Part shown: piece after piece, positions 39,501 to 51,770 of the stretch | How the letters are laid out: the number at the start of each line of letters is the position of its first letter | Numbering within the stretch: position 1 is the stretch's first letter | Assembly (NCBI GenBank): GCA_021812945.1 | Contig: JAKAMI010000001.1 | Location: 3,637 to 67,636 of the forward strand | Length of the DNA: 64,000 nucleotides | Direction: 5' to 3' | Source: a bacterium | GTDB lineage: Bacteria; Patescibacteriota; UBA1384; XYA2-FULL-43-10; JAKAMI01 | The notes under the pieces: model-generated | What the model saw: the letters and a program-made list of their open reading frames with translations, nothing else | The model's database searches: none | Told to the model about the DNA's origin: nothing | Translations under genes and position numbers: made by a program

Positions 39501-42500
39501 AGTCGGTTTTGACATTGCCGAAAGCGTCGAAGGCCGTCAGGGTGACATTTTCGCTAAAAGTAGTGTCGACTTGTTTTTCGTAATTGACCGAATTTCGAGA
39601 AATGATCGGGGTGGTGGTAATGCCGAAATGGTCGATCGACTGCGGTTTGACCGTGATGGTAAAGTCGGAAAACTTGTTGCCGTTATCCGAGGTCTTGACC
39701 CGAAAACGCAGATCTGTGCCGGAAGTCACCACGTTGAAACCGCTGCCGGCAAACTGATGAACACCGTTGTCGGCGCCGGTGCCCGAAGTAAAAGTATAAT
39801 GGGTGAGATAATCGTTGGCAAAGGTAAAATTGGCCGTGGAGCTTGCCGGATTGCCCGGGGTATCCGAGCCGCGATAAAGCTCAAACCAGACTTGACCGGT
39901 AAAGTTGTCTTTGACGTTGTTGTAGGCGTCGTAGGCGGTGACGTTGGGATTGTAGGGAGCGGCGGAGAAGCCGGGGGTATCCCAGGTGAAGTTACTCATA
40001 GCAAATCTTTGGGAGGCCGTTTGCGGGTAGGAAGCTAAGCCGAAATGGTCGGTTGAAGCGGCCGTGACGAAAATATTACCAATAGCATCGTATCTACTAC
40101 CTTCGGAGTTGTGCACCACAATTGACTGATTATCCTTGGTCTTTAGAACAAAGCCGGTGCCGGGGAAAGTATGAGCCCCGTTGTCCCCTCCGGCGCCGGT
40201 CGTGAAGGTGTATTTTACAACGTCCGTATAGGGAAAAGTCGCCTGCGAGTCGGAGGAGTAAAACCAGATTTGGCCGGTCCAGTCGTTTTTGGTATTGCCG
40301 TAAACGTCTTTGACCGTGACCACGATGTCATTGGCCGGCGAGGTAAAGGGAGTGCCGGCCACGATGTTAGTCGGATAACCGGAAAGCTGGAAGGAGCCGA
40401 AACCGGCCGGCTTGACGGTGATGCCTTGCGTCGCGTCTGTCCAGCCCAGCGACGGCGTCTCGGAAACAGTGATGGTATAGGGCACGCCCACCGGATTGGG
40501 CGAGGTGTCCTTGTAAAAGAAATTGGCGGAGTTTGAACCGACGCCGATTGTCAGGGTGTTGCTCGGAACCGTGGTCAAGCAACCGCCATCAGAGTAAAAA
40601 TGGCCGGTGGCGGAGTTGGTTTGCAGCACAAAGTTTTTCGCTCCCTCGGTGGCGGTTAAGGCGACGTCCTCGTTAATGACGTTTCGAATGCGATACTCCA
40701 TAATCGCCGAGCAGAAGGTGACGGTAATGTTTTGGGCGGCGGTGGTAAAAGCGGTGTGATCGATCGGAGCCACGGTAAAGGAACGGGCGGCCGAGGCGGC
40801 AGACCAGTGCTTGGAGCCGTCAAAGGAGTCCACACCCTCGGGGTCGTAAGCATAAGCGCGATAGTAAAAGGTGTCGCCCTGATGAAGTGCGGTAGCCAAA
40901 GTCAGCACGGCATCGCGGCCCGAGGAGTAGCCGCTGGTGCCGGCGACTTTGCCGGTAGCCATATCCTGATTGGAGAAATTGGCCGTGCGGTTGCCGTCGT
41001 TTGGCGTTTGCGACACGGTCTCGTCGAAAGTCGAGACATTCTGGCTAAAGCTGGCATCGGTCGCCAGCTGCAACTTATATTGAATCCAGTCACCATCCGG
41101 ATCGGTCGAATTAAAGTGAAAAGCGATAAGTTGAGATTGGTTGATGGCGCCATCAGTCGAGGGCGCGGTAATGGTCGGAGCGCTCGGCGAGTGCTGAACT
41201 TGAATAGTGCCGTTGCCGCCGGCCGCGCCGCCACCAACACCGCAAGTACCGCCGGTGGCAGTCTTGGCGCCGGTATATGTATCAGTAGCCGGATAAATAG
41301 CTATTCGCCCTCCGCCTCCGCCGCCGCCAAAAGAGGCGCTGTTGCCGCCGTTGGCGGTAATGGTTGCGCCGGTGGTGCCGGACAATGTGCCCGAGACAAC
41401 CACTTGCACCGAGCCGCCCGAGCCGCCGCCAAAACCGGCCCCGCCATCGGTACCGTTGGCGGTGATCTTGCCGGTTGCGCCCATCGCCAAGTTGCCGGTG
41501 ACGTTCATCTTGACCATGCCACCGCCGGAGCCGGCGTTACCGGCCCCCGACTGGCCGGCGTGCCCGCCGCCCGAGCCAAGATAATTGTTGTTTGTCTGGC
41601 TGCCGTAGGCCGCGCCGCCAACTGAGCCGCCGGAAGAGTTGCCGCCGGCTCCGCCGTAACCGCCGCCCGAGCCATAGGCCCAGTTGGCCACCACGCTCCC
41701 GTGCCCGGGTCCGGCGTCTTGAGCAAAGCCGTTGCCGTCGGCCGAAACCGTCCCCGAAAGAGTCAGATTGCCCCCGACATTCAAAGTCGGCCAAGCACCC
41801 TGCGTGGGCGTGCCGGAGTTGTCCGAGAGCATCGTGAGGGAAGAATTGGAAGCTATCGTAACCGCCCCGGTAGTGGTGACGATTTGGTTTTTTGAAAGAG
41901 CAAAATTACCCTTGTTGAGGATTGAAATAGAATCAAAAGCGTATGTTGCAGTATCTGTAGATGTTTTGAGAAAAGTATACCCGGGACCAGTGTTACCGTT
42001 ATTGTTAACAATGAGTCTACCATTTGCTTCACCTGGATGTATCTCAAAAACCGTCCCTGCTGATGCATAGAAACCATTATAGGAACCAAGACTATAAGCT
42101 GAGTCAACTCCGTTATATGTCCATGAAGAATTTGCAGAAATCTTGACCCGACCACCACTTCCGGCACCGCAACCAGTCGAGTACCCATTAGCCGATATGG
42201 CCCCATTTCCCGCAAAGTTAACCGTTGTAATATTTATAGAACCACCAGCTGCACTTTGATTGTTTCCCCCATTCGCCAAAATACTATTGGTCGAGTTGGC
42301 GCTTACTGTTCCGGTGGCATTTATTGCCGCTACACCACCACCACCGGTAGAATAGCCACAAACAGCAGTCCCTCCAAGTAACGAAGGATTCGAGTAGTCA
42401 CCAAAAGCATCGCCCTGCGGGTACCCCTGGCCGCCATAACTATAATTACCAGTACCTAATAATCCTTGGGTTGAAACATCTATTTTACCGCCATTCTGCA

Positions 42501-45500
42501 GAGTCAAATTAACAAGGTTAAGTATAAGTTTGTAGCTCTCAGACGTCGTATTTGCTACATGTGACACAACACCACCAGTATCAACAGTCATATTAAAGAG
42601 CGCTCCTCCGCTAGAATCTGTAATTTTACCAGTAATACTCCCCCCACTCGGTGCCTGATACCAGCCTGTATCGCAAAGCGTCGTGCCGTCGGCTTTTTTG
42701 CAGGTCGTACCCATCTCGAGGGTGTAATTCGAAACCGTCCAGCCAGTCGCCGGAACTTTCAGAGTACCATAAACGTCAAGCACACCGCTGGTCGCGCTGC
42801 CTGTAAAAGGAGTATTGGCCGAAATATCTAGTGTTTGGCCCGTAAAGATTGCTAATCGGCCCTGGTTCTTGACAGTTATCACATCAAACACGTACGATCC
42901 ACTGTCGCTTGAGGTTTTAAGGGCTGTGTTTTGAGAAGTCGCTTGGTTCGAGTTATCAATAATAATTTCACCGTTTGCTTCCCCGGGTTTTCTGACAAAA
43001 ACCGTTCCAGCAGCCCCCACATTGCCTCCGCCCCAATTACCACCATAGGCAACAGCTGAACTAACCGAATATGTCCCGGTGGCCTCCAAAGCGATTCTTC
43101 CACCCGATCCTCCGGGGTAAGCACTGCCGTCGCTCGCAGAAACAGTACCGGTACTTGTCAGGTTTGTGGTCTTTAGCCATATGCTACCGCCGGCGCCGTT
43201 TGAGGGCGCATTGGATAAGATACTGCCACTATTTGTCACGCTGGTTGCTATAATTTTGGCTACACCTCCTCCGGCTTGGCCGCCATAGTACTGAGTACCG
43301 CCGCTACCCAAGCGGTTGGGGGAATCATAACTGCCGTATTGGCTATTGGTATATCCATAACCATCACCGCCATATGAGCCACCCCTAGAGTTCAAAGCGC
43401 CGCCGGCCGGTCCCTGAATATATCCCATACCAGAGACGTCTACTTTACCCCCAGTTTGAATAGTTAAAGATCTCAAATTAACAATAAGTTTGTACTGTTC
43501 GGTGCTTGTATTCTGAACTAAATTGTAGGCTTGGGATAATGCTCCACCACTGGCTATCGTCAGATCCACAACATTACCACCAGTCGGATCGGTTATCTTG
43601 CCATAGAGGGTTGTATTGGCCGTAGTGTCGTCCCAACCGGGATCGCATCCGCCCCCGGCATTTTTGACACAACTGGTGCCGACGCCTAGAGTATAATTGG
43701 ATACCGTATAACTGGTCGGGACTTTGATCGTACCAAAAGTAGTTAGAGACCCAGTGCCATCCCCGCCGATAGTGGTGCCCGAAGTAATATCGAAAACCTT
43801 AGAGGTTCCGTTAATATCAAGTTTTCCGCCGGAATTGAGAGTAATGGCCGTAAAAGTGCTTCCGCCCGTGGAATTTTGAACGCTGTTCGACGAGGCTCCG
43901 TTATCAACGAGTCTGAAGCCGGAAATTGTTGGCGAATCTTTGAGCTTTATTACTCCGGTAGCCTTGATAAGCCCGGTACAATAGTAGCCGATAGCGTCAG
44001 CGCCACCGCCGTAAGTATTGCAGGCGCCACCGCCGGTAATGTCAAAAGCTGAGGCGTTTACGGTTTGGCCGGAAACAATTTCCAGCCGGCTTCCCTTATT
44101 GACTGTGATTGCATCAAACGTATATACCCCTGTGTCAGTCTCTCCCATCAGGGTTGCGCCAAGATCTGAGCCGTTGTCGAGACCGGCGTTATCCAAAACT
44201 AATCGCCCATTGGTGTCCCCAGGCCGTTTCTCATAAACCGTGCCGTTACCCCCGGCATCATTCCAGCCATCAACTACCTTGCTTGCCGACTCAGTTCCGC
44301 TAAAAGACCAAACGCCCGTTGCATAAATCGCTAATCGTCCACCACCGCCCGATGACGGAGCACAACAGCCATTTGAACCGCTCCTAGTCACGACTGAACC
44401 GTTACCCGAAAAGGACGCCGAGGTTATCCAAATACTACCTCCCGAGCCTCCGCCAGAACCTGTACCCGATGCCGACATTGTTCCGTTAACCGCCACTGAA
44501 CCGGTTGAGGTGATTTTGATCGCCCCACCAGAATTACCGCCACTGCCCAAGCTTACCGGTTGTGAATAACTCCCATAAGTAGCGTGGGTAGAATTATTAG
44601 CTGATCTGCCTCCATACTCACTGGTCGTTTTTAAGCCGGGGCCGTTTGATTTGCCTTTTGCGTCAGCGTTCATATTACCGTTGGTACCAATAACAAGACT
44701 GCCTACGGCATATTCATTCCCCCGCCCGTCAGCCAAACTACCATGCAATACAGTCGTGTCTCCGTCCGAGGTCACTATACCAGAATTGATAATAAATTCG
44801 CCGGTAATATTAATCTTATACGGGTCAACGTTCTGCGACGGCTTATTTTGAAAATTAATCGTGCCGGAGTAACCGGTCTCCACATATAGGCCGCCGAGAC
44901 CATCGACAATACCGTTGCCGGAGGTGAAAGTTGTTACCGTGCAATTTTGGACCGAAGATGGGTCAAAGACAACGATGTCGCCAGCCGCCGGCGCCCCTGA
45001 AGGCGTCCAGTTGGCTGCGGTTTCCCAGTTTCCGGCTGCCGCGGCGGTCCAGCGTTTGACACTCGGGGCGTAGTTTAAATTGTAAGGGCTGGCCGTACCG
45101 GAGACAAAGACCACCGGAGAATAGGAGTTAATGCCGCTGTTTCTGTTTGTAAATATTTTCGCGGATGCGGCCACCCAAGCGAACGAACCACTTAACGTCG
45201 CATTGTGCCCACCGCTAGAGGAATCGGCAGCTAATGTTCCAGATCCTTCATCAAAATGCCACAACCCAACGGTATTGCCGTCGGTTGTAAACTGATTTAT
45301 TGGGGGGGGAAAACTAGATGTATAACGCGCGATGTTTGAGATTCTAAGTTCGTCGATTGTTCCAAAATTTTGCCCTCCATAGGCCATACTGTTGCCAAGC
45401 ACAGTAATATCATCTGTCAGCTGCATATTTGCCGTCCCAACAAGCAAGCCGTCAATATACATTTTCGTCGTCCCGGAACTGCCAACCCCAGTAAGATAAT

Positions 45501-48210
45501 GCCACCCTGAAGTTAAACTAGTTACATTATAATTCGACGTGTAGAAGTTCCCGTTATAAACCCCCAACTGGCCATCTCTTTCAACAACAATATGCTGGTT
45601 ACTTATGGTGCCCTTTACAAGTGTCCGACGACCGTCACCGGTTGTTGGCAAAGGAAATTGCACCCACGCCTCCACTGTCCAAGTGCTACCAATTACAACA
45701 TTTGATACAGTGCCAGAACCAGAACTTGGGGAATTAAAGTTTATTGCTGCATTACTGGATCCCGTTTGCGTAACAGGTGTCGGCTTCAGTGCTGCCTGGG
45801 CGATCAGGTTGTTGCCGTTATCGGTGGTGACGGCCACGGCCACGCCGAAAGTGCCGGCAGAGCCGATTTTTTCCGCATACTTGATATTGTAAGAATTGAC
45901 CCCGACGTATTCCGAGTAGTAAAGGTAGATGGCATCGTTTAAGCCCAGGCCGAGACTGGGATTTTTGTCATTGGCGTGGCTGGCGCCGGTGGTGACGGCG
46001 GTTGAGGCGGCGTCCCAGCTGGCGGCGGCGTTGGCACATTTGCGGTATTTGATCCCGACCGAGTTGTCTTTCCAGGCCAGATGGAGGTAGTGATCGCTGG
46101 TTTCCTGCCCGATCGAGAACTCTTGGTTTAGGGCGGTTCCGACATCGGAGGCGATGGTCTCGTTGGCCCAGCCGGCCGTTTGGAAAGTGCCGGCAGTGGC
46201 GTAGTTCCACCTGAGAGAAGCATTGGCGAAGTTGTAGATAACAGCCGGATTATCATTCCAGAGAGTGAGGGCGGGGTAAGTGGCGGCATTGGTGTTGACG
46301 GCGGCCGATAATGTTGACGCCGCACCCCAAGTCGAGCCGTCGGCGGCAGTTGAGGCTTTGGCTTTGATAGTGTAGTTGGTGGCATCATAATACCGATAAG
46401 CGACAAAGATGGTGCCGGAAGATGTGACCGCAACGGCGGGGAAAGCCTGGGAAGTGCCGGCGCTCTCGACGGTTCTTTCGGTGCCGGTGGAGGTGATGGC
46501 GTGGGTAGCGGTGTCATAGGTCATCTGGCGGTAGAAGATGTAAGAGTTGGTGCCATTGTTGGAGTAGGCCAGATGGATCTTGTTGTCGGCGGTAATCCAA
46601 GAAGAGAAGCCGTAGTCATCGGTTAGAGTCGAGGCAAAGATTTGGGTGCCGGTGGCGCTCCAGGTGTTGCCGTGGTCGGAAGAGATTTTATATGAGAGGC
46701 CGTTACCGTCGGAGTAGATGTTGACCATATCCCCGTTGGTCGCCTCCAGTAGCGTCCGGTCTTTGGAGAAGGAGTTGGGGTTGGTGGTGGTGGAGGTAGC
46801 GACGGTGACGGTGGGGTCAATGGTTAGAGGATACTCAGGCGAGCCAAGACAGTCTTTCGGGGCATTGGCAAAGACTGTCTGGTTGCCGCTGCCTGAAAGA
46901 CTGTTGTCGCTGCCCGGAGACGACAGTCTTTGCCGGTAACAGGCATTGGTTTGAGCCAGCCAGTTTGGATCGATCTCATAGCGAGCTAGGTTGGCGCTTT
47001 GGTCTAGGGTTAGTTTAATCTTGTCGTCGAAATGATTGCCGGTTTTATCGGTTAAGGTCGCTTTGAGTAGGGTGAAGAGTCCCTCCTGAGTTTGTTGGTC
47101 TTTTAGCACATAGGAGCTGTCCGGGTTAGAGATGATACTTAAGTTGCTTAAATTACTTAAGTTAAAATCAATGGATGAAATGCTTCCAAGAGCTTTGGGT
47201 GAGTTTAGAACAAGGTCTTCTTTGAGCTTACCCGGGCTGACTTGGTAGTTGGCGGTAATCTCGGGGTTGATCTCGAGGGAGTACTTTTGCTTGGCTCCGT
47301 CGTTTTCGCGGATCTTGACACCGGAGGCAACCTCTTTCTTGGTTTTGACGTCATCCGATGTAACAGCTTTTGGCACATTGGGAGTATTTGTCTCGTTGGT
47401 CAGATTAGTCCCGTTGGTCGGGTTGGAACTGTCCGATGGAACATCAGCGGCTTGAGCAGTTTCAGCGAAGACAGCTTCAGCCAAGACAGTCTTTTTAGCT
47501 TCAGCAAAGACAGTCTTGTTGCTCCCCGAAAGACTGTTATCACTGCCCGAAGATGACAGTCTTTGCCGGTTTAAGGCAACCTGATCTTTGGGGACTAGAA
47601 GATCGAAACCGACTTTTCTAACCTCACCGTCTTTGTTCTGGGTAGCCACCGAGACCGAGGCATTTCTGGTTGTACGATCGGAGAGGTTGACCGTTAGCTG
47701 GTCGGAAGAACCGGTGATCGCGGCCGAGTCGTCAACTTTACCTTTGGCTTTTTCCTGAACATTGGGAATGTCCGCTCGCGAGCCGACAACAGCCACCGAA
47801 ACCGATTTAAGTCCGGAGAAAGGCTGATTGGCTTTTGTCTCCGAAAACGAGGAGGCATACAAGCTCAGCCCGAACACAAAAGACAGGCAGACCAAAGCCA
47901 AAGCTGAAATGTTTATCTTGGAGGCGTTGGGGTTTAAGTGCCAGAGGTAGTACCACCGCCACTTCATCCTGAGATTGTTGTGGACCGGGATAAAGAATCG
48001 AAAGCTAGTGCGAGTCGAGTTTTGAATGGACATCAACTGATTATTGAGCTTGGATTCGACATCCTGGCCACTGAACGATTCCGGTAATTTACCGGAAAGT
48101 TTGGCTGACCGGATAATTTTTTGCACCAGAAAAACGGCCGCCCCTTTAGGGAAAGTCAGAATTTTATGGATGATGTACCGGATTTTTAACATATAACCAC
48201 TAATAATCAC
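36529..48210 (-). CDS. Giant (3893 aa) surface protein: TM/signal, BNR-like propeller with LamG insert, Gly-rich repeats, Ig-like and Fn3 domains
   Basis: Uninterrupted ORF; LamG (WTVEAW...[12 protein letters not shown]...LWHFDEG); [18 protein letters not shown] repeats; several Fn3-like W.T....S.V.YG...H...L..L.P...YH units; start uncertain. Confidence 0.85.
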   Translation of the reverse strand: MIISGYMLKIRYIIHKILTFPKGAAVFLVQKIIRSAKLSGKLPESFSGQDVESKLNNQLMSIQNSTRTSFRFFIPVHNNLRMKWRWYYLWHLNPNASKINISALALVCLSFVFGLSLYASSFSETKANQPFSGLKSVSVAVVGSRADIPNVQEKAKGKVDDSAAITGSSDQLTVNLSDRTTRNASVSVATQNKDGEVRKVGFDLLVPKDQVALNRQRLSSSGSDNSLSGSNKTVFAEAKKTVLAEAVFAETAQAADVPSDSSNPTNGTNLTNETNTPNVPKAVTSDDVKTKKEVASGVKIRENDGAKQKYSLEINPEITANYQVSPGKLKEDLVLNSPKALGSISSIDFNLSNLSNLSIISNPDSSYVLKDQQTQEGLFTLLKATLTDKTGNHFDDKIKLTLDQSANLARYEIDPNWLAQTNACYRQRLSSPGSDNSLSGSGNQTVFANAPKDCLGSPEYPLTIDPTVTVATSTTTNPNSFSKDRTLLEATNGDMVNIYSDGNGLSYKISSDHGNTWSATGTQIFASTLTDDYGFSSWITADNKIHLAYSNNGTNSYIFYRQMTYDTATHAITSTGTERTVESAGTSQAFPAVAVTSSGTIFVAYRYYDATNYTIKAKASTAADGSTWGAASTLSAAVNTNAATYPALTLWNDNPAVIYNFANASLRWNYATAGTFQTAGWANETIASDVGTALNQEFSIGQETSDHYLHLAWKDNSVGIKYRKCANAAASWDAASTAVTTGASHANDKNPSLGLGLNDAIYLYYSEYVGVNSYNIKYAEKIGSAGTFGVAVAVTTDNGNNLIAQAALKPTPVTQTGSSNAAINFNSPSSGSGTVSNVVIGSTWTVEAWVQFPLPTTGDGRRTLVKGTISNQHIVVERDGQLGVYNGNFYTSNYNVTSLTSGWHYLTGVGSSGTTKMYIDGLLVGTANMQLTDDITVLGNSMAYGGQNFGTIDELRISNIARYTSSFPPPINQFTTDGNTVGLWHFDEGSGTLAADSSSGGHNATLSGSFAWVAASAKIFTNRNSGINSYSPVVFVSGTASPYNLNYAPSVKRWTAAAAGNWETAANWTPSGAPAAGDIVVFDPSSVQNCTVTTFTSGNGIVDGLGGLYVETGYSGTINFQNKPSQNVDPYKINITGEFIINSGIVTSDGDTTVLHGSLADGRGNEYAVGSLVIGTNGNMNADAKGKSNGPGLKTTSEYGGRSANNSTHATYGSYSQPVSLGSGGNSGGAIKITSTGSVAVNGTMSASGTGSGGGSGGSIWITSASFSGNGSVVTRSGSNGCCAPSSGGGGRLAIYATGVWSFSGTESASKVVDGWNDAGGNGTVYEKRPGDTNGRLVLDNAGLDNGSDLGATLMGETDTGVYTFDAITVNKGSRLEIVSGQTVNASAFDITGGGACNTYGGGADAIGYYCTGLIKATGVIKLKDSPTISGFRLVDNGASSNSVQNSTGGSTFTAITLNSGGKLDINGTSKVFDITSGTTIGGDGTGSLTTFGTIKVPTSYTVSNYTLGVGTSCVKNAGGGCDPGWDDTTANTTLYGKITDPTGGNVVDLTIASGGALSQAYNLVQNTSTEQYKLIVNLRSLTIQTGGKVDVSGMGYIQGPAGGALNSRGGSYGGDGYGYTNSQYGSYDSPNRLGSGGTQYYGGQAGGGVAKIIATSVTNSGSILSNAPSNGAGGSIWLKTTNLTSTGTVSASDGSAYPGGSGGRIALEATGTYSVSSAVAYGGNWGGGNVGAAGTVFVRKPGEANGEIIIDNSNQATSQNTALKTSSDSGSYVFDVITVKNQGRLAIFTGQTLDISANTPFTGSATSGVLDVYGTLKVPATGWTVSNYTLEMGTTCKKADGTTLCDTGWYQAPSGGSITGKITDSSGGALFNMTVDTGGVVSHVANTTSESYKLILNLVNLTLQNGGKIDVSTQGLLGTGNYSYGGQGYPQGDAFGDYSNPSLLGGTAVCGYSTGGGGVAAINATGTVSANSTNSILANGGNNQSAAGGSINITTVNFAGNGAISANGYSTGCGAGSGGRVKISANSSWTYNGVDSAYSLGSYNGFYASAGTVFEIHPGEANGRLIVNNNGNTGPGYTFLKTSTDTATYAFDSISILNKGNFALSKNQIVTTTGAVTIASNSSLTMLSDNSGTPTQGAWPTLNVGGNLTLSGTVSADGNGFAQDAGPGHGSVVANWAYGSGGGYGGAGGNSSGGSVGGAAYGSQTNNNYLGSGGGHAGQSGAGNAGSGGGMVKMNVTGNLAMGATGKITANGTDGGAGFGGGSGGSVQVVVSGTLSGTTGATITANGGNSASFGGGGGGGRIAIYPATDTYTGAKTATGGTCGVGGGAAGGNGTIQVQHSPSAPTITAPSTDGAINQSQLIAFHFNSTDPDGDWIQYKLQLATDASFSQNVSTFDETVSQTPNDGNRTANFSNQDMATGKVAGTSGYSSGRDAVLTLATALHQGDTFYYRAYAYDPEGVDSFDGSKHWSAASAARSFTVAPIDHTAFTTAAQNITVTFCSAIMEYRIRNVINEDVALTATEGAKNFVLQTNSATGHFYSDGGCLTTVPSNTLTIGVGSNSANFFYKDTSPNPVGVPYTITVSETPSLGWTDATQGITVKPAGFGSFQLSGYPTNIVAGTPFTSPANDIVVTVKDVYGNTKNDWTGQIWFYSSDSQATFPYTDVVKYTFTTGAGGDNGAHTFPGTGFVLKTKDNQSIVVHNSEGSRYDAIGNIFVTAASTDHFGLASYPQTASQRFAMSNFTWDTPGFSAAPYNPNVTAYDAYNNVKDNFTGQVWFELYRGSDTPGNPASSTANFTFANDYLTHYTFTSGTGADNGVHQFAGSGFNVVTSGTDLRFRVKTSDNGNKFSDFTITVKPQSIDHFGITTTPIISRNSVNYEKQVDTTFSENVTLTAFDAFGNVKTDYGYDPTSKAGMVYFYSSDAQAVLPYTKTVSTDSSGCFQFPAGDLGAHTFTPQNTPTNYFKFQTGGYQSLSASECVDPTSTYATDPSTKKTDPRLEPADPSKNPASTGIFPASTNNPSKVYVTTHIPGSRHTATDHTGLVNDLIEAAPGYQQVTLTWTNPFDIPADTGLTPQAYIYRCAAGPVLSPTTDCSAFPTNYSKIVTTPNPLAVTAGTRTDYTDTGLTNGNHYYYKVSYAYKKQDNSYLETDKSITLDAVPADIAPREVTAVQLDRTDPANPGKVKVMYKLRWPSQVSLAYFNSGGNSWANASAPAQSGQTNGSFNGDASLPQYTAYFDPKVDFDGQFLNNTFKMRVKVTAQGSNAYADSSLLTLDSKNPLVNSIVSDASAGGSVNLVLNVTDDSNPIQMMISMDSGFAGGSWESYATSKNNFDLQNKNIIYFKFRDLENNLTQTSKTLYGTPANFAIKDGSTIATNKYRLTLVWDDVVPVPKTYHVFRSTDGATYSQVDTTTKNGFLDINLSSSITYAYKVQAEDTAGNLSIPAGPLSSQPGSAPDVTAKPKVELFGWKQDQGVRAKISWDTDQNADSSVAYSTSSIHAKDDMTADNGGVVKIAGDPKMTLNHEIWLYNLDPAAKYYFKVISKNEIQIAGYSDVLDFTTPERILLLISGTTISDITQTGALVSWSTSKLSITSLDYGDSTGYGATLIDTTLNTEHKFKLDKLKDGAIYHLRIKATDTDGNITTSDDYVFSTPAQPIISDFKATETSANSATLAWNTNVNTDSNVEFASTSPVAAIQVEGRAVDQNAPTAIQQGQQGKSDSTTIHSVTIIGLVAKQGYTATARGTDKFGNTAVSGQISFTTTADTTPPVISNLKSEITSSGSGNAIKYQAIISWETDESATSQVEYGQGVSGTYDSKTKEDLSLNQTHVIILNDLKANSAYHARVTSKDRSANQSFSDDFSLITPPKQKQLFQMIMDAITGSFSWVPRFLTKMRGQ
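46846..46937. repeat. Family C REP cluster in frame inside the giant gene
   Basis: Four GACAG/GACTG cores; encodes [30 protein letters not shown]. Confidence 0.85.
47468..47570. repeat. Family C REP cluster in frame inside the giant gene
   Basis: Encodes [34 protein letters not shown]; 43-bp block shared with 46895-46937. Confidence 0.85.
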
Positions 48211-48221
48211 TAAAACTCAGT

Positions 48222-48258
48222 GATAACAGTCATTTTAAATGCAGTAATGACTGTCATC
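48222..48258. repeat. Degenerate family C doublet
   Basis: GATAACAGTCATT-ttaaatgcagt-AATGACTGTCATC. Confidence 0.6.
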
Positions 48259-48859
48259 TTTTTTGAATATATTTTTTGAGCAAATCAGCCAAATCGGAAG
48301 CCGAGGGCACCGCCGAGACCCCTTGCCGCAAAATCTCGATCGCCCGATCGGTCTTATTATCATTGTAATACATCACCGCCAGATTCATATACGAATAGGT
48401 TAGATGCGGATCGAGTCCGATGGCTTGTTTGTAGGCTGATTCGGCTTTTTCGGTTTGATTCTGATCCCGATAGATGTTGCCAAGATTGTTATAAATCATT
48501 GCGATTGACGACTTATTGGCTTTAGGGGACTGGGAAGCGATCGCGTAATACTTTTCGGAGCCGGCATAATCTTTTAAGCCGTAGTAGGCCATGGCTAGGC
48601 TGTAAACGGTGTTGTAATCGTTTGGTCTGAGCTCGTTTGCCTGCAACAATTTATCGACGCTTTCCTGATAGTTGCGGTTTGAAAGCGCTTCCTGGCCTTG
48701 GTTGAATAATTCGGTCGCCCGCTTGTTCCGCTTCTCGTCAGAATTTTTCTTCGATTTGGGCAACAGAATAAACAGCAGGACCAAAACAACCGCCAAAACA
48801 ATCAGCGCAATCAAAAGTTTGAACCAGCGTTTTTTTCTAATGTTTTTTGGATTGGTCAT
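48254..48859 (-). CDS. Membrane-anchored TPR protein
   Basis: N-terminal TM; YNNLGNIY...AYKQAIGLDP TPR motifs. Confidence 0.9.
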   Translation of the reverse strand: MTNPKNIRKKRWFKLLIALIVLAVVLVLLFILLPKSKKNSDEKRNKRATELFNQGQEALSNRNYQESVDKLLQANELRPNDYNTVYSLAMAYYGLKDYAGSEKYYAIASQSPKANKSSIAMIYNNLGNIYRDQNQTEKAESAYKQAIGLDPHLTYSYMNLAVMYYNDNKTDRAIEILRQGVSAVPSASDLADLLKKYIQKR

Positions 48860-48906
48860 AGGTTAATCCCCATTTGCCCAATTGGACAAATTAGTCCAAT
48901 TGGTTT

Positions 48907-49086
48907 TTACCGGACAATACCGGCCAGCATTCTCACTACGAAAATGGCCATAGCGAAGCCGAAAACGGCACACAAGAAATAAATCAGAAAAGTAACCACA
49001 TACCAGCTTGACTGGCGCGTGATCACCAGCTTGGCCAGATCTTCTTCCGACACCGTGTATTTATGATTTTGAACGGTAGCAACCAT
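48907..49086 (-). CDS. 59-aa membrane protein (not in ORF track)
   Basis: MVATVQNHKYTVSEEDLAKLVITRQSSWYVVTFLIYFLCAVFGFAMAIFVVRMLAGIVR. Confidence 0.6.
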   Translation of the reverse strand: MVATVQNHKYTVSEEDLAKLVITRQSSWYVVTFLIYFLCAVFGFAMAIFVVRMLAGIVR

Positions 49087-49090
49087 AGAT

Positions 49091-49231
49091 TCCTAAAATT
49101 CTAAACTCTAAATTCTAAATCCTAATGAAATTCAAAGCTTCAAATTCAAAAACCCTAAACTTTTTTGAGTTTTGAATTTCAAAATTTTGAATTTTTTTAG
49201 AGTTTAGAGTTTCGGATTTAGAGTTTTTAGA
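49091..49231. repeat. AT-rich heptamer hairpin (TCTAAAT / TTTAGAG units)
   Basis: Direct reading; left and right halves roughly complementary. Confidence 0.8.
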
Positions 49232-49263
49232 CATCGGTCCCAAGTAATTAATTTAGTTTGCTA

Positions 49264-50448
49264 TCATTCATATCTTAAAGCGTCTAGCGGATTCAGTTTA
49301 CTGGCTCTTTTGGATGGATAAAAACCGGTTGAAAACCCCACCAGCACCGAAAAAGCGATGATCCCGGCCGCCAGCCACCAAGGCGTGTAAAAAAGAGTCT
49401 GCGCCTCTCCTCCGACACTTTTGGCCAGAAGATTGATGATGATGTTGATGGCATAGCCGGTGACCAGACCGACCACCGTGCCCATAATACCGCCGAGCGT
49501 CGCGATCATTGTAGACTCCGACAGAAATATTTTTGCCACATCGATATTGTAAACCCCGATAGCTTTCATAATCCCGATGTCGCGGGTTCTTTCCAAAAGG
49601 GCGATGGTCATGGTGTTAAACATCCCGATAGCCGCTACGATCAAAGCGATGACCCCGAAAAGGGCCAAAACTATTTGAATGATTTTGAAGATTTGATCGA
49701 CTTGAGAGATCGTATCGGCTATAGAGGTGACCGTAAATCCGAGATCTTCAATGCTTTTTCTGGCCTCGGGAATCTTAGTCTGATCGGTAACTTTGGCTTT
49801 GATCGAATTGAACACGGTGGTATCCAAAACCCTGTCGGTATAGTTCTTCAGTGGGGCGTAAGCAAAACTGGTTGAATCATCGGCGACAATTCCCGATACC
49901 TTGTAATCCGTTTTTTGCTCTTCCGGCTGACCCTTGGCATTGGCAAAAACCAAGTTCAGGGTAACGGTTTGACCGATCATATTTTGCAGGTCTGCTCCCA
50001 ACGCTTTGGCTAGAGCGCTTGAGACTACTATCTCTTTACCCGAGTCGGTAAATAAACTGCCGAGTGAAGTTTTGGTGCCGTCGAGAGCAAAAAAGTTTTC
50101 ATCGACCAGATTGGCGACTAAGTCGGTTTTCTTACCGCTCAAGTCTATTTTTGACCCCACCATCATCACCGGCGACACTTTCTCGATACCGGGAAATGTT
50201 TTTATTTTTTCTGCGGTTTTTTTGTCAAGCTTGTTGAGATCCGATTTGCCGGCCGCCACGTCCAAAGTATTGATAGCCTCGATAGAGGCAATTTTTTTGA
50301 CCGATAGATTTTGCAAGCCGTAGCCCAAAGAGACCAAAAAAACAATAGCTCCGATGCCCACGGAGATACCGGCGACTGTCAAAATAGTCCTCATTTTATT
50401 GGACTTAAGATTTGACAGTGAGATTCTTAGGACCTGGCTAAACTTCAT
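49264..50448 (-). CDS. ABC transporter permease, MacB/FtsX family
   Basis: NKMRTILT, IGMFNTMTIALLERTRDIGIMKAIG, YPSKRASKLNPLDALRYE. Confidence 0.93.
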   Translation of the reverse strand: MKFSQVLRISLSNLKSNKMRTILTVAGISVGIGAIVFLVSLGYGLQNLSVKKIASIEAINTLDVAAGKSDLNKLDKKTAEKIKTFPGIEKVSPVMMVGSKIDLSGKKTDLVANLVDENFFALDGTKTSLGSLFTDSGKEIVVSSALAKALGADLQNMIGQTVTLNLVFANAKGQPEEQKTDYKVSGIVADDSTSFAYAPLKNYTDRVLDTTVFNSIKAKVTDQTKIPEARKSIEDLGFTVTSIADTISQVDQIFKIIQIVLALFGVIALIVAAIGMFNTMTIALLERTRDIGIMKAIGVYNIDVAKIFLSESTMIATLGGIMGTVVGLVTGYAINIIINLLAKSVGGEAQTLFYTPWWLAAGIIAFSVLVGFSTGFYPSKRASKLNPLDALRYE

Positions 50449-50459
50449 ACTTTCCTTAA

Positions 50460-50572
50460 ATTACCAATAATCAACGATCAATGATCAATTAATTATCAAT
50501 GGACAAGGGGGAAATGAAAATTAATACTTGATTATTAAATGATAATTGAAAATTGATATTTGAAAATTGAAT
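50460..50572. repeat. AT-rich heptamer hairpin (AATGATC / TTGAAAA units) related to the interior of the rnpB insertions
   Basis: CAATGATCAATTAATTATCAATG...AATTGAAAATTGATATTTGAAA shared with the rnpB elements. Confidence 0.8.
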
Positions 50573-50576
50573 CCGG

Positions 50577-51332
50577 CTACTGTCCGATGACGTGCTCTGA
50601 CGGCTTGAAACCGCCAACGTCTTTGATCGGTACCCGAGCGTGATTCTTATCTATCTTGTCTATCAACCCGTCTTTGAGGCGGATTACCCGATTAGCGTAT
50701 TTGAGATAATCCGGGTTGTGGGTGACCATAATGATCGTCTTTTTTGATTTTTGATTTAGGGTATTGAAAATACCCATAACCTCGCCAGCGGATTTCGAAT
50801 CCAGATTGCCGGTCGGTTCGTCGCAAATCAGAATCCAAGGGTTGGTGGCTAGCGCTCTAGCCATGGCCACTCGTTGCTGCTGGCCTCCGGAAAGCTCGGT
50901 CGGAATATTTTTTAAGTGGTCTTTGAGCCCGAACATTACCAAAAGATCCTCGGCGCGGTTCAAGGACTTGTAATAATCTCCTCCGGAGGACAAAAGCGGC
51001 AAGGCCACGTTTTCCTGAACCGTCATGGATTTTAGAAGGTTAAAGGACTGGAAGACTATGCCGATCTTGCTCTGGCGGAACTTGGCCATCTGGTTCGGGT
51101 CGTAATTGGCCAGCTCCTCGCCGCGAATTTTCAGGCTGCCTTCCGAGACGTTTTCCAGACCGGAGACGATATTGAGCAGAGTCGATTTACCGCAACCGGA
51201 AGGGCCGAAGATGATAATGAATTCGCCCGATTCGATATCAAAAGACACCCCTTTGATGACTTCGATCACGTTCGCCCCGAGATCAAATTTTTTCTTGATG
51301 TTTTTGGCTTCGATAACCTTAGTTTTCGCCAC
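50577..51332 (-). CDS. ABC transporter ATP-binding protein, LolD/MacB type
   Basis: [35 protein letters not shown]. Confidence 0.96.
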   Translation of the reverse strand: MAKTKVIEAKNIKKKFDLGANVIEVIKGVSFDIESGEFIIIFGPSGCGKSTLLNIVSGLENVSEGSLKIRGEELANYDPNQMAKFRQSKIGIVFQSFNLLKSMTVQENVALPLLSSGGDYYKSLNRAEDLLVMFGLKDHLKNIPTELSGGQQQRVAMARALATNPWILICDEPTGNLDSKSAGEVMGIFNTLNQKSKKTIIMVTHNPDYLKYANRVIRLKDGLIDKIDKNHARVPIKDVGGFKPSEHVIGQ

Positions 51333-51369
51333 CTTATCCCCTCCGCCTTAGAACTTAAGTCTGTAGCGT

Positions 51370-51482
51370 TTTCAACTAAGATATGTCATCCTGAGCTAAT
51401 TTCTGTCATCCTGAGCCTGCGAAGGATCTATTCCATAGACAAAGATTCTTCACTGCATTCAGAATGACAGTCTAAGTTGAAA
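51370..51482. repeat. Family B doublet with 20-nt stutter
   Basis: GTCATCCTGAGCtaatttct-GTCATCCTGAGCCTGCGAAGGATCT...AGATTCTTCACTGCATTCAGAATGAC. Confidence 0.85.
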
Positions 51483-51577
51483 TGTGCAACAGCAGTATTT
51501 ATATACATCATAGCAGGAATGAGAAAACATCGTCAACGGTATTTACATCAAGATAATTATCTGATAAAAATGAATTG

Positions 51578-51697
51578 ATGACTAAGCCAATCTGCCAAAA
51601 CATAATTAGCAATATCGTTACCCCAACCTCATAGGCGGTGGTGTTGTTTAGCTGGCCAAAAGATGATTAACCCCGCCGCAGACGGGGTTTTTGTTTT
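51578..51697 (+). promoter_or_regulatory. Candidate attenuator: 18-aa leader ORF plus terminator hairpin
   Basis: ATG 51578 to TAG 51634 (MTKPICQNIISNIVTPTS); AACCCCG-ccgcaga-CGGGGTT-TTTGTTTT. Confidence 0.45.
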
Positions 51698-51770
51698 ATG
51701 CTTGGGCTGAAGGGACTTTTCTTCGGCCGAAGATGTGAGACAAAAACGCGAGAGATGGAGGTTAGAGACG

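Noticed and set aside
36529..48210. Diversity-generating retroelement target
   Set aside because: No reverse transcriptase and no TR/VR pair visible in the window
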